From Coleofasciculus chthonoplastes F2-STO-03 (GTDB lineage: Bacteria; Cyanobacteriota; Cyanobacteriia; Cyanobacteriales; Coleofasciculaceae), in assembly GCA_040222015.1 (NCBI GenBank), contig JAVJWO010000165.1, positions 1-64,000 on the forward strand: DNA of 64,000 nucleotides, given 5' to 3'. Shown in pieces: positions 51,652-60,302 of this stretch (position 1 is its first letter; every line of letters starts with the position of its first letter). The position numbers and the translations under genes are program-made. The notes under the pieces are model-generated. The model made no database searches and was not told the origin of the DNA. It saw nothing but the letters and a program-made list of their open reading frames with translations.

Positions 51652-54600
51652 TTATTCCCATTCTCGCCACTGGTTCGCCCAGTTTTGGAAAATTCCCAGA
51701 ATTTGCTCCCGTCGCTGTTCAAAATTAGCGGCAATGCTAATAAAAATGATGCCAGCGATTAAGCCAATGACCCATTTGGAAAAGGGATAGCGAAAACTTA
51801 AAACAACTAACTGGTAAAATACCGTTAGAACAAATGTTGCTGTACCAACCATTAAAAATGCCCGAATTCGCAGTCCTAATCCAGCAAATAGGACAATCAG
51901 GCTAATGATTCCCGGAATGAGTCCAGTCTCTTGATGGAAAAAGAACGCGGCTAAACAAATGATGCTACTACCCAGTAAGCGGAGATAATGACGAGTTTGT
52001 CGTTTTCGGGGATGTCTTAATTCTGGATCAATTTGGGCAATGTAGAGGCAAGATCCACCAATTAGGGCAGCATACCATAAGGGTTCAGTGATCTGTTGAT
52101 TAACCAAAACCCGCCAGATTGCCCAATCAACAAAAAATAGACTCAAATATGTCCAGCGTAAATTAGACTGGCGGTTGGCAACCCAGGTATAAAATCCGGC
52201 AACGGCTAGTAAATTGATGGAAGATAGGGTTTGATAATTGAGGCAAACCGTTAGTAAAGGAGAGATAATGGCGTAATGTTGCCAAGGTTTATCATTCCAT
52301 CCCCATCGTCGCCAAGGCAGTTGAAAAAGCGCGATCGCGAATAAACAAGCCATTACCCCTCTCCAAGGGTCAAATATACTCAACTGTGTCCATGTCAAAC
52401 GCGCATAAACACCTGTGGCGGCGACTTCGGTTAATCCGGCGTATATCCAGAGGTTAGCAGCCATGTAGAGACGTGCCATGGCGCGTCTGGGAGATGGGGG
52501 AGATGAGGGAGATAACTGGCGTTTTTGTCTTATACGCCCCTGTAATAACGCATAAATAGCCAGTATCCAACTGATGGCAAGTCCGATGGTTCTCAGATTT
52601 GGTGTTGTTCCCACAGACATTCCCGCCGTTAACACCATCAGCAAACTGGCAATTGCCCAATGAATGTGGGCGGTGATTTTAATTTCAGTGATACTGAGGT
52701 TGAGAAGGGTGGAACGATCGCGCGATTGCCAAAACCAAGCCAACACTCGATAAATAACCGCGATCGCAGCCGCTACACCTCCTAGAATAGTAAAGCCATC
52801 TGCCGGATTTCCGCCATCGGCTTGCATCATCTGGTAAATTACCAATTCATACCAAGCAATGGAAATACCTGCTAGGGAAAGATAGGTGATCCCTTTCCAG
52901 GGAAGACGGCGACGCCCTACGCCTATACCGGTTAATGCTGCACCGAGGGTGAGTAACCCGGTATAAGGGGTGAAATACGTCCAACGTAAACTAACGCCAA
53001 TTAGGGCATAAATTAAGGGTAAAATCTCCAGTGCATCCCTAGATGCGCCAGACGCGCCATGGCGCGTCTCTACAGGTTCCTCTGTATCCCCCTCTAAACG
53101 GGCAAACCACCAATCGGTGAGGAATAGTATCACAAGTGCCAGGATAATGTTGGCGGTGGCTAAGGTTAAGGATGAACCATTTCGTAACAGAATCGTATCC
53201 GCGATCGCTAATTCGATTGCCCAACTGATGCCATAGACACCAAACTGTGTAAATGATCGCCAACAGCGAAACCAAATCGCACCGCCCATTAACACTGATG
53301 CGGCTAGGTAATGCCAACTGGATGAAATGAGTTCGACGTAACTCTGGGTACTGTGCAGCGTTAGGAATCCTAATTCTGTAGAAGACAGGGCAATTGCCCA
53401 TCTATCTGAGGCTTGGGCGTACAAGGCGGCTAAATCGCCAGATTGGGGAATTAAGCTAGCCCGTAGCAGCCACAATCCGAAACTTGCGATCGCACCAACC
53501 AAATACCAATCGGCGACAGATAGGGCGGGTAATCCGGGAATTCCTTGCCACAGCCATGCAGCAAAAAAGCTGAGGGCAAAACCAATCGTAATGACGGCGG
53601 TTACCGTTTGGCGCAAATAGCGACTATTCAGGAACATTACCACTGTGGCTACCCCTAAGCCAATCAGCCGACTCTGCGGTGAGGCTAGGGTTAGCCCTTG
53701 TACTAGAAATAACGCGATCGCACTCCACGAAACTGCCTGAATGCGCCGCGATCGCTGAGTAAGACTGGCAACTCCAGTTAAGGTTAATGGGGTGAGTAAC
53801 CATAAAAGTCCCCAAGGGTTAACCCTGAGCGAAGTCGAAGGGTGCGTGGGAAAGGGAATCAAATAGGTAACACTTTCCCCAGCCAGTAACACATAACTGA
53901 TACCAGCGAGGACAAAACCAATGTGCCAACAACTTAGATACCAACTCTGTTTGGGGACAGAAAACGGAGGATTTGCTGCTACCGTTTGCCCTTCCTGCCT
54001 TCTGGAAACCTCCTGCCTCCTGCCCGGTTGGTGAGCCTGTCGAACCACTGCCTCCTGCCTTCTGAAAGGTTCCTGCCTTATGCTCAGACTCCATTCTGCC
54101 ACCATTAACGCTAACAATAAACTTGCCCAGAGGGGTTCGTTGAGAGTCGGAAACCATCCATCGATAAACGAACAGAGGGTTAATAATCCGGCGATATGGG
54201 TGAGATAAACTAGAGGAATTCGCAGCGGAGGGCGGCGATGAGTAACAATAGCCAGGGTGACAGTGGAGAGTAAAAGATTAAGCGATCGCGCCGTCGGATT
54301 CAGGCTACTGATTACCGTTAACATCACACCCAATCCTAATGTGAGTCCTTCTCCAAACCGGGCTAATTTAGGATTCGACTTCCGATAGAGCCAATCGGTC
54401 AAACCTACCCACAGAATAATGTAGGGAAATAGGACGACACCCCACCAAGCTTCCACGTTTGAACCCACCTGTTGAGAGAGGAAACTGACTACCTCATCTT
54501 GTACCGCCAATGGGATTAATCGCCATAGTAAAAACAGCGTTTGCAAGCCAATCAAAAAGATAGCAGCTAAATCCAGACGCCGCCGAGAATACTGTAAGCG

Positions 54601-55698
54601 CTGGGCGAAAAACCCAATCGCCAACCCACTAACCGCCGTGGCTTGCCAAGGAATTTCTTCTCCTACCGAAACCAACCAACCGATCAACAGTAATCCCCCG
54701 CCAATTCCATCCCAGACTTTTGTACTAAAGGAGGAAACAGACTCACGCGCGTCGGCTGAAGGCTTTCCCTGTCGCGCCAACAACCAACCACAGATTCCCA
54801 TGGCTAAACCAAATTGGACAATTGGCACATTGATCACGAAAATCGCCCGTCCCAGCAACACCGTTAGGGCATAAATCACCACTAAACTACCGGTGGGTGG
54901 ATTATTCGGCACAGATGGAGAAGCGCGAGGGGTTGAAGCGGCAGAGGGGAGAAACATCGCAGTTCCGATGACGCCTAAATAAACAGCGACTAATGGAACC
55001 TGTGACCAATTCCAACCCCAGTGTAGATAACTTAACCATAAAACTAGAGAAGCACGGGAGGTAAGCCGGAATGAGTTGGTTTGGATAGACGGATTGATAA
55101 CCGTAATTCCCGTTAAACTTAACGCCGCAATACCAACAACTATCCATTCCCAGGGATGACGCCCTAACCCAAAACCATCCATTGCCCAAAAATTCACTGG
55201 GACTAAAAGCAGGGCAATCAGTTGTAAGGTTTGAGAGGTTAATTTTAAATTAGAACGTTTTCCCGCCCACAGGCTAATGCCCCAAAAGACAATGGTATAT
55301 GCCCATAACACACCATACTGTCCCGCTGGTGGAAAATTCTGCCATTGAGTTGCGGCGAGGACACCGGAGGAGACAACAACCAGAAAGACACCCAGAAACA
55401 GCAGCCAGCGTACACTCAGTTCCTCTTGCCATGACTGCCAGATGCGGGATAGGGGCGACACAGTAGGAATAGGAACGGGTTCCTCTACCTTGGTTTCCAC
55501 CTTCCGGGATTGGGGGCGAGAGGGAAGCGGCGCAATTGCTGGTTGAGGGAGGCGACAAGATAAATAGAGTTGTCCTAATTGTTTAACTTGGGCATCACTG
55601 ATTAAACCCAAGCGCAACCAGGTTTCTAAACCTTCGAGTAACTTGGGATTGGAGGCAGAAACAGTGAGTTCAATTCTCAGAGAGCGTGGCGAGGACAT
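51652..55698 (-). CDS. Large polytopic membrane protein (DUF2157-like)
   Basis: More than 30 hydrophobic segments; WLLFLGVFLVVVSSG, LLVPVNFWAMD; several in-frame repeat insertions. Confidence 0.8.
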   Translation of the reverse strand: MSSPRSLRIELTVSASNPKLLEGLETWLRLGLISDAQVKQLGQLYLSCRLPQPAIAPLPSRPQSRKVETKVEEPVPIPTVSPLSRIWQSWQEELSVRWLLFLGVFLVVVSSGVLAATQWQNFPPAGQYGVLWAYTIVFWGISLWAGKRSNLKLTSQTLQLIALLLVPVNFWAMDGFGLGRHPWEWIVVGIAALSLTGITVINPSIQTNSFRLTSRASLVLWLSYLHWGWNWSQVPLVAVYLGVIGTAMFLPSAASTPRASPSVPNNPPTGSLVVIYALTVLLGRAIFVINVPIVQFGLAMGICGWLLARQGKPSADARESVSSFSTKVWDGIGGGLLLIGWLVSVGEEIPWQATAVSGLAIGFFAQRLQYSRRRLDLAAIFLIGLQTLFLLWRLIPLAVQDEVVSFLSQQVGSNVEAWWGVVLFPYIILWVGLTDWLYRKSNPKLARFGEGLTLGLGVMLTVISSLNPTARSLNLLLSTVTLAIVTHRRPPLRIPLVYLTHIAGLLTLCSFIDGWFPTLNEPLWASLLLALMVAEWSLSIRQEPFRRQEAVVRQAHQPGRRQEVSRRQEGQTVAANPPFSVPKQSWYLSCWHIGFVLAGISYVLLAGESVTYLIPFPTHPSTSLRVNPWGLLWLLTPLTLTGVASLTQRSRRIQAVSWSAIALFLVQGLTLASPQSRLIGLGVATVVMFLNSRYLRQTVTAVITIGFALSFFAAWLWQGIPGLPALSVADWYLVGAIASFGLWLLRASLIPQSGDLAALYAQASDRWAIALSSTELGFLTLHSTQSYVELISSSWHYLAASVLMGGAIWFRCWRSFTQFGVYGISWAIELAIADTILLRNGSSLTLATANIILALVILFLTDWWFARLEGDTEEPVETRHGASGASRDALEILPLIYALIGVSLRWTYFTPYTGLLTLGAALTGIGVGRRRLPWKGITYLSLAGISIAWYELVIYQMMQADGGNPADGFTILGGVAAAIAVIYRVLAWFWQSRDRSTLLNLSITEIKITAHIHWAIASLLMVLTAGMSVGTTPNLRTIGLAISWILAIYALLQGRIRQKRQLSPSSPPSPRRAMARLYMAANLWIYAGLTEVAATGVYARLTWTQLSIFDPWRGVMACLFAIALFQLPWRRWGWNDKPWQHYAIISPLLTVCLNYQTLSSINLLAVAGFYTWVANRQSNLRWTYLSLFFVDWAIWRVLVNQQITEPLWYAALIGGSCLYIAQIDPELRHPRKRQTRHYLRLLGSSIICLAAFFFHQETGLIPGIISLIVLFAGLGLRIRAFLMVGTATFVLTVFYQLVVLSFRYPFSKWVIGLIAGIIFISIAANFEQRREQILGIFQNWANQWREWE

Positions 55699-56020
55699 AG
55701 TTTTCTGGAGTTCGTTCGTAGTAGGCACGCTTCGTGCCAGAAGAAGCGCTGAAGCGCTTACTACAAACAGATTAATTAATCCTAGCATCAGATTTTCCAG
55801 TTGATGATTGATGACTCAGGGCAAGTTGTTCCGTTAGTGGTGGGGAGGGCGGGTTTTGTTTTTCCGTTATTTCTGAATAGCTCAATTTAGTCCCTAAACC
55901 CGCCCCTACAATTGTCCCTAAACCCGCCCCTACAATTGTCCCTAAACCTACCCCTACAGAGGGCTAAATCTACCCCTAGAATTGACGTATAAGGTATAAA
56001 TTATTACTTATGAACCGGAT

Positions 56021-56258
56021 TGCGATCGCGCCTTGCGTACCCTGACTTCTAAGAGCCTACATACTTAGTACGAGAGGAAGAGTAACGCTGTTCTATTAAC
56101 AGTGGGCGTTTGAGAACGAGGAGTGCGAAGAACCCGATAGGTTGGCTTAGAGGTAGCCATCCTTTAAAGAGTGTGTAATAACTCATCGGCGGAGTCCCTC
56201 TAGTAACTGAGAAGGCGCATAACAACGCTCTGGTAACTTGCACGCGAGGGCGATCGCA
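56021..56258 (+). ncRNA. Putative small RNA mimicking the 23S rRNA sarcin-ricin loop and GTPase-associated centre
   Basis: Closing stem 56021-56038/56242-56258; TAGTACGAGAGGA hairpin 56062-56084; H43/H44-like block 56134-56189. Confidence 0.8.
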
Positions 56259-56307
56259 CAATTACAGGATCTTGGACTATAATAGTACAAAAATACTAAT
56301 TAAAATT

Positions 56308-56769
56308 ATGCCGATTTATTTCTACAGCACCCGTGAAAAACCCTACGGTTGCTTTTCCAACTTCTCTCGCCATGGTTTTGAGTTAGATGGTTGTTGGTGG
56401 GCAACGAGTGAACATTACTTCCAAGCACAGAAATTTGTCGAGACGGATCGTCCTTGGTTCGACAAAATCCGCGAAGTAAAAACGCCTAAAGACGCTGCCA
56501 AAATGGGCAGAAGTCGGCAACACCCTCTCCGTCACGATTGGGAACAGGTCAAGAATGAAATTATGAAGCGGGGAGTGTTGCAGAAGTTTGAAACTCATGC
56601 TGATATCCGTGAGATACTTTTGGCGACAGGGGATGAGTTGATTGTCGAGAATGCCCCCAGAGATTACTACTGGGGATGCGGTAAAGATGGCAGTGGTAAA
56701 AATAAATTGGGAGAGATTTTAATGGCAGTGCGAGAGATATTGCGTCAACCTCTTACAAATGACAAATGA
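56308..56769 (+). CDS. NADAR (YbiA-like) family hydrolase
   Basis: YGCFSNF, TSEHYFQAQKF, LLATGD, DYYWG, GKNKLGEILM motifs. Confidence 0.93.
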   Translation: MPIYFYSTREKPYGCFSNFSRHGFELDGCWWATSEHYFQAQKFVETDRPWFDKIREVKTPKDAAKMGRSRQHPLRHDWEQVKNEIMKRGVLQKFETHADIREILLATGDELIVENAPRDYYWGCGKDGSGKNKLGEILMAVREILRQPLTNDK

Positions 56770-56829
56770 CAAATGACGAATGACGAATGACAATCTCCAC
56801 CGTTAGCTTTTATTGTGTCCACCCACTTA

Positions 56830-56902
56830 GGGTCTGTAGTTCTAATGGGAGAACGCCTGTTTTGCACACAGGAGGTTGCGGGTTCAACCCCCGCCAGATC
56901 CA
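56830..56902 (+). tRNA. trnA: tRNA-Ala(TGC)
   Basis: G3:U70 pair; CCTGT TTTGCAC ACAGG. Confidence 0.88.
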
Positions 56903-56906
56903 TGAT

Positions 56907-56982
56907 GGTGTCTGAAGCCAAAGCGGTCGCGGCGCTTGTTTGTGGAACAAGTCAATAGCGGGTTCAAGTCCCGTCAGACACC
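56907..56982 (+). tRNA. trnH: tRNA-His(GTG)
   Basis: G-1:C73; CTTGT TTGTGGA ACAAG. Confidence 0.85.
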
Positions 56983-56989
56983 CTTCAAT

Positions 56990-57076
56990 GGAAGATGCCG
57001 CTGAATGGACGGCAAGCGGTCTTGAAAACCGTGGTACGGCAGCGATGCCGTAGGGGTTCGATTCCTCCATCTTCCT
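56990..57076 (+). tRNA. trnS: tRNA-Ser(TGA)
   Basis: GCGGT CTTGAAA ACCGT; long variable arm TACGGCA/TGCCGTA. Confidence 0.82.
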
Positions 57077-57080
57077 TTAT

Positions 57081-57152
57081 CCACCGGAAGCCGAAAAGTG
57101 AGGCGCTGTGCTGATAATGCAGAGGTAGAAGGGGCAGTACCTTCCCGGTGGA
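57081..57152 (+). tRNA. trnI: tRNA-Ile(GAT) with non-canonical T loop
   Basis: CCACCGG/CCGGTGG; loop CTGATAA; T loop GGCAGTA. Confidence 0.75.
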
Positions 57153-57157
57153 TTCAT

Positions 57158-57228
57158 CCCTCTGCCAGTGGATTCTGGCACTGATACTACGAATATCGGA
57201 TGCGGTGGTTCAATTCCATCCAGAGGGG
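57158..57228 (+). tRNA. trnR: tRNA-Arg(ACG) with reduced D arm
   Basis: CCCTCTG/CAGAGGG; TGATA CTACGAA TATCG. Confidence 0.72.
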
Positions 57229-57231
57229 TTT

Positions 57232-57636
57232 GATCGGGGGTGAGTAGCTGTAATCAAAAAGCTGGAAACATTTACCCATTATTGCCCATGCATTGGGTAG
57301 AGACTTGTCCCGATGGAATGGGTTCGACAAGAGTAAGTAGTCGGACACAAGTTTTGGGAACTGTATAAAGTTTTGTAAGCATTACCGCAACGCTTGTGAC
57401 ATAAAAATTCGTGCTGTTTTACATTTCTTAACACAGAGCCGTTTATTTATGTCCGACTACTTATGTATACTTTTTGGTGTACCTATCCAGCCAAAAACCA
57501 CAGCTAGATAGGTGACTTTATATAGCCGCCAGTTAGGTGGTGTTAGCCTGTGGACTGGTTAAGTGCCGTCACTGCCAGGATGAAGCAGGAAGTAAGTTCC
57601 AATGATGTCCATGCTTTGGATAAGTTTGGGTAAATC
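57232..57636 (+). ncRNA. Unidentified multi-hairpin RNA between tRNAs, interrupted by a MITE
   Basis: Long-range TTTACCCA/TGGGTAAA pairing and at least five local hairpins; no ORF. Confidence 0.45.
57334..57463. mobile_element. 130-bp MITE with TA target duplication
   Basis: TIRs TAAGTAGTCGGACA / TGTCCGACTACTTA. Confidence 0.8.
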
Positions 57637-57644
57637 TTATATAA

Positions 57645-57717
57645 CGGAATGTAGCTCAATTGGCAGAGCAGGTGACTCTTAATCACTGGGTTGCAGGTTC
57701 GATTCCTGTCATTCCCA
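57645..57717 (+). tRNA. trnK: tRNA-Lys(CTT)
   Basis: GGTGA CTCTTAA TCACT; C1:C72 mismatch. Confidence 0.85.
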
Positions 57718-57722
57718 TTTGT

Positions 57723-57747
57723 TCGGGTGTGGCGCAGTTTGGCTAGC
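57723..57747 (+). pseudogene. 5' stub of a tRNA (Pro-like)
   Basis: TCGGGTGTGGCGCAGTTTGGCTAGC ends abruptly in the D stem before AT-rich DNA. Confidence 0.6.
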
Positions 57748-57785
57748 TAATTAATATTATAATAGTTATACTGCGGATAAAACTA

Positions 57786-58019
57786 ATGTCTGTACAAGCC
57801 ATGAAAATACAAGATCTAAAACTAGAACTAATTCAGTGGATTTTATTATTGCAAGATGTTCAACTTTTAAATGAGATCCAGACTATCAAAGAAAATTCAG
57901 CGGAAAATATAGTCCCTACTAAGCCTCGCCAATTTGGTTGTGGCAAAGGTATTTTTAGTTATGTGGCAGATGATTTTGATGCAACACCTCCGGGTTTTGA
58001 AGACTATATGCTACCATGA
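57786..58019 (+). CDS. vapB: Antitoxin (DUF2281/VapB-like)
   Basis: PRQFG..KG...ADDFD..P..FEDY C-terminus; ATGA overlap with the PIN gene. Confidence 0.8.
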   Translation: MSVQAMKIQDLKLELIQWILLLQDVQLLNEIQTIKENSAENIVPTKPRQFGCGKGIFSYVADDFDATPPGFEDYMLP

Positions 58020-58396
58020 ACTATTTAATTGATACTCATATCTTAATTTGGTTTCTTGAAGGGAACACTAACCTTTCTAAGCAGGCACAAGACTTAATCG
58101 GTAATCCTGCTAATTCCATTTATGTCAGTCAAGCGAGTTTGTGGGAAATGACCATTAAGATTAGTATCGGCAAGTTGTCTTTGTCGATTTCATTGTCTGA
58201 GTTAGAAATTTTTCTAATAAATAATCAGTTTCAAATTTTAGACGCTAAGTTTAGTCATTACGAAATATTGCAGCATTTGCCCTTTCATCATCAAGATCCT
58301 TTTGACCGCTTGATTATCGCTCAGGCAAAAGCCGAAGATTATATGATCATCACAAATGATAATCGCTTCAAACTGTACAATGTAAAATTGGTGTAA
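58016..58396 (+). CDS. vapC: VapC PIN-domain toxin
   Basis: YLIDTHILIW, SLWE, HQDPFDRLIIAQA, ITND. Confidence 0.93.
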   Translation: MNYLIDTHILIWFLEGNTNLSKQAQDLIGNPANSIYVSQASLWEMTIKISIGKLSLSISLSELEIFLINNQFQILDAKFSHYEILQHLPFHHQDPFDRLIIAQAKAEDYMIITNDNRFKLYNVKLV

Positions 58397-58668
58397 TTTG
58401 AACATCATCGGGGCTTTTCTGGATTACTTATTCAATCAAGCTGCGTTTATTGTTTTCAATAGATTAGCCGACACAAACGACACGCAACAAACAGAAAATT
58501 GGAGTAGGTTTCTACATCCAGAAATACGCGATCGCATACATTCAAAACTGACTAAACTCCGTACTTTACGCCGATCAGATTCCCAGAACACCGGTTTCTG
58601 GTGAGGACGACAACAAATCAGCATTTTAGGTGCGTTAGCGAAGCGTAACGCACCCGATTAAATTAATT

Positions 58669-59610
58669 CTAAGCCAACTTACTTAACTCTCCATTACTCT
58701 CCTCTGTTATTATCGAACCAATCCCATCTAACGTCGCTGGAATCGTGCGCGGGTCCATAAACATGATCTTGCTGCTGTTACTACTACCAATTTTTATCCC
58801 CATATCCAAATAGTTTTGTGCCAATAAAAACTGTAGTGCTTGGGCTGATGAGGGAGCAGTGTTTAACTTTTTGCTAAGAATATCCATCGCGGCGGCTGTC
58901 CCTTGCGCCTTGAGAACTTGCTGCTTTTGTTGCGCTTCCGCCTCCAAAATAGCGGCTCGTTGACGCGCTTCTGCCTCAATGATTTGTGCCTCAGCTTCCC
59001 CTCTGGCACTATTAACCACTGCTTCTCGTTCTCCTTCCGATGTCAGAATTGCCGCCTGTTTTTTCCGTTCCGCTGACATCTGTAATTCCATCGCCCCTTG
59101 CACGGTTTTAGATGGCACAATATCCCGCAATTCTACCCGTGTTACCTTGACTCCCCACGGTGCTGTGGCAATATCTAATTCCCGCAATAGCATTTCATTC
59201 ACTTCAGTGCGGGCGGTAAAGGTTTGGTTCAGTTCAAGTTTCCCCATTTCTGAGCGAATTTGAGTTAACACTAAATTCACCATGGCGGCTTTCAGATTCT
59301 GAACTTTGTAATAGGATTTTTCTAAATTAATGACCCGCCAATATACCACAGCATCCACACTAATCGAAACATTATCACGGGTAATGCAATTTTGCGGTGG
59401 AATCTCTAACACTTGTTCCCGAATCGTTTGCTGACAGGCAATCTGATCGAGAAAAGGAATGACAAAGTTTAAACCGGGTTCCAGTTTTTTACCATCATAT
59501 CGACCTAGGGTTTCAACTAACGCCTCTTCTCCCTGCTTAATGATTTTGACACTCCCGGCTAAAGTCGTCCCAGTTAATGCGATAAATGCCATAAATAACC
59601 ACTGATACAT
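58669..59610 (-). CDS. SPFH/stomatin-like protein
   Basis: [36 protein letters not shown]. Confidence 0.93.
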   Translation of the reverse strand: MYQWLFMAFIALTGTTLAGSVKIIKQGEEALVETLGRYDGKKLEPGLNFVIPFLDQIACQQTIREQVLEIPPQNCITRDNVSISVDAVVYWRVINLEKSYYKVQNLKAAMVNLVLTQIRSEMGKLELNQTFTARTEVNEMLLRELDIATAPWGVKVTRVELRDIVPSKTVQGAMELQMSAERKKQAAILTSEGEREAVVNSARGEAEAQIIEAEARQRAAILEAEAQQKQQVLKAQGTAAAMDILSKKLNTAPSSAQALQFLLAQNYLDMGIKIGSSNSSKIMFMDPRTIPATLDGIGSIITEESNGELSKLA

Positions 59611-59711
59611 TTTAATTCTCCTGTTGAAAGACAATTTGATTGAATGTGAATCGATTAGCCATTAAATGTTACTGGCTTGATGGTTTGCGAATATTGCGGA
59701 GAAAGAACCCA

Positions 59712-60254
59712 TTATGCTCGAAATAAATGTTCCGGCAAAACAATTAATGTGTTATCTTCTTGTCCAACAACATAAACGGTTTGATTGGCAGGAATACTCA
59801 TGTGCCGTTCTTGACAACGCGCTGCCCAAGAACTGCCTTCATAGAGAACTCGTCCGGTTTCTCCTAGTGAAATTTCCGTTAATGTTTTGGCTTCCGTTGC
59901 TTCTGGAACTTTAAATTTTTTCCGCTTGAGCAACATCGGACGTATCCAGATAACCGAGGCGGTAGACAATACCATCCAGTAAGCCACCTGCCAGCGAAAT
60001 GCGATAAATCTTGTCATTCTAAACAAGCTAAACGCTATGATTAGGGAAATAATTCCCATTGATAGAGGCACAAGTCTGAACTTTTGGGTGAAGGCTTTTG
60101 GCAGAAACAACTCCAGTAGGCAAAGTACAACACCACTACCTAACCAGAACAAGGATGGATGAGGAATAAATGCGGATTTCGTAGTCGCTTGTGCCAGAAT
60201 TGTTTGGGCATCAATGCGATTCACTTCTGTCTGCATTAACAGCAATGTGAACAT
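59712..60254 (-). CDS. NfeD family protein
   Basis: TM helices plus GRVLYEGSSWAA OB-fold; adjacent to SPFH gene. Confidence 0.85.
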   Translation of the reverse strand: MFTLLLMQTEVNRIDAQTILAQATTKSAFIPHPSLFWLGSGVVLCLLELFLPKAFTQKFRLVPLSMGIISLIIAFSLFRMTRFIAFRWQVAYWMVLSTASVIWIRPMLLKRKKFKVPEATEAKTLTEISLGETGRVLYEGSSWAARCQERHMSIPANQTVYVVGQEDNTLIVLPEHLFRA

Positions 60255-60302
60255 CTGACTATTTTCAAATAGAAGGACGAATGCAAATGGCGAATGACCA
60301 AC

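Noticed and set aside
55889..55960. Possible CRISPR array upstream of the rRNA-mimic RNA
   Set aside because: Tandem ~23-bp copies of the common AAACCCGCCCCTAC repeat arm without spacers
55982..56010. Promoter for the rRNA-mimic RNA (TTGACG...)
   Set aside because: No convincing -10 at 16-18 nt spacing and no TGTAGTAT site; left uncalled
56021..56258. A true 23S rRNA gene or rRNA operon
   Set aside because: Only short domains match, in non-native order (SRL before the L11 domain), with no 16S/5S or other 23S sequence and its own closing stem
56021..56258. Closing stem explained only by two palindromic HIP1 sites
   Set aside because: Pairing continues for eight more base pairs inward (CCTTGCGT/ACGCGAGG)
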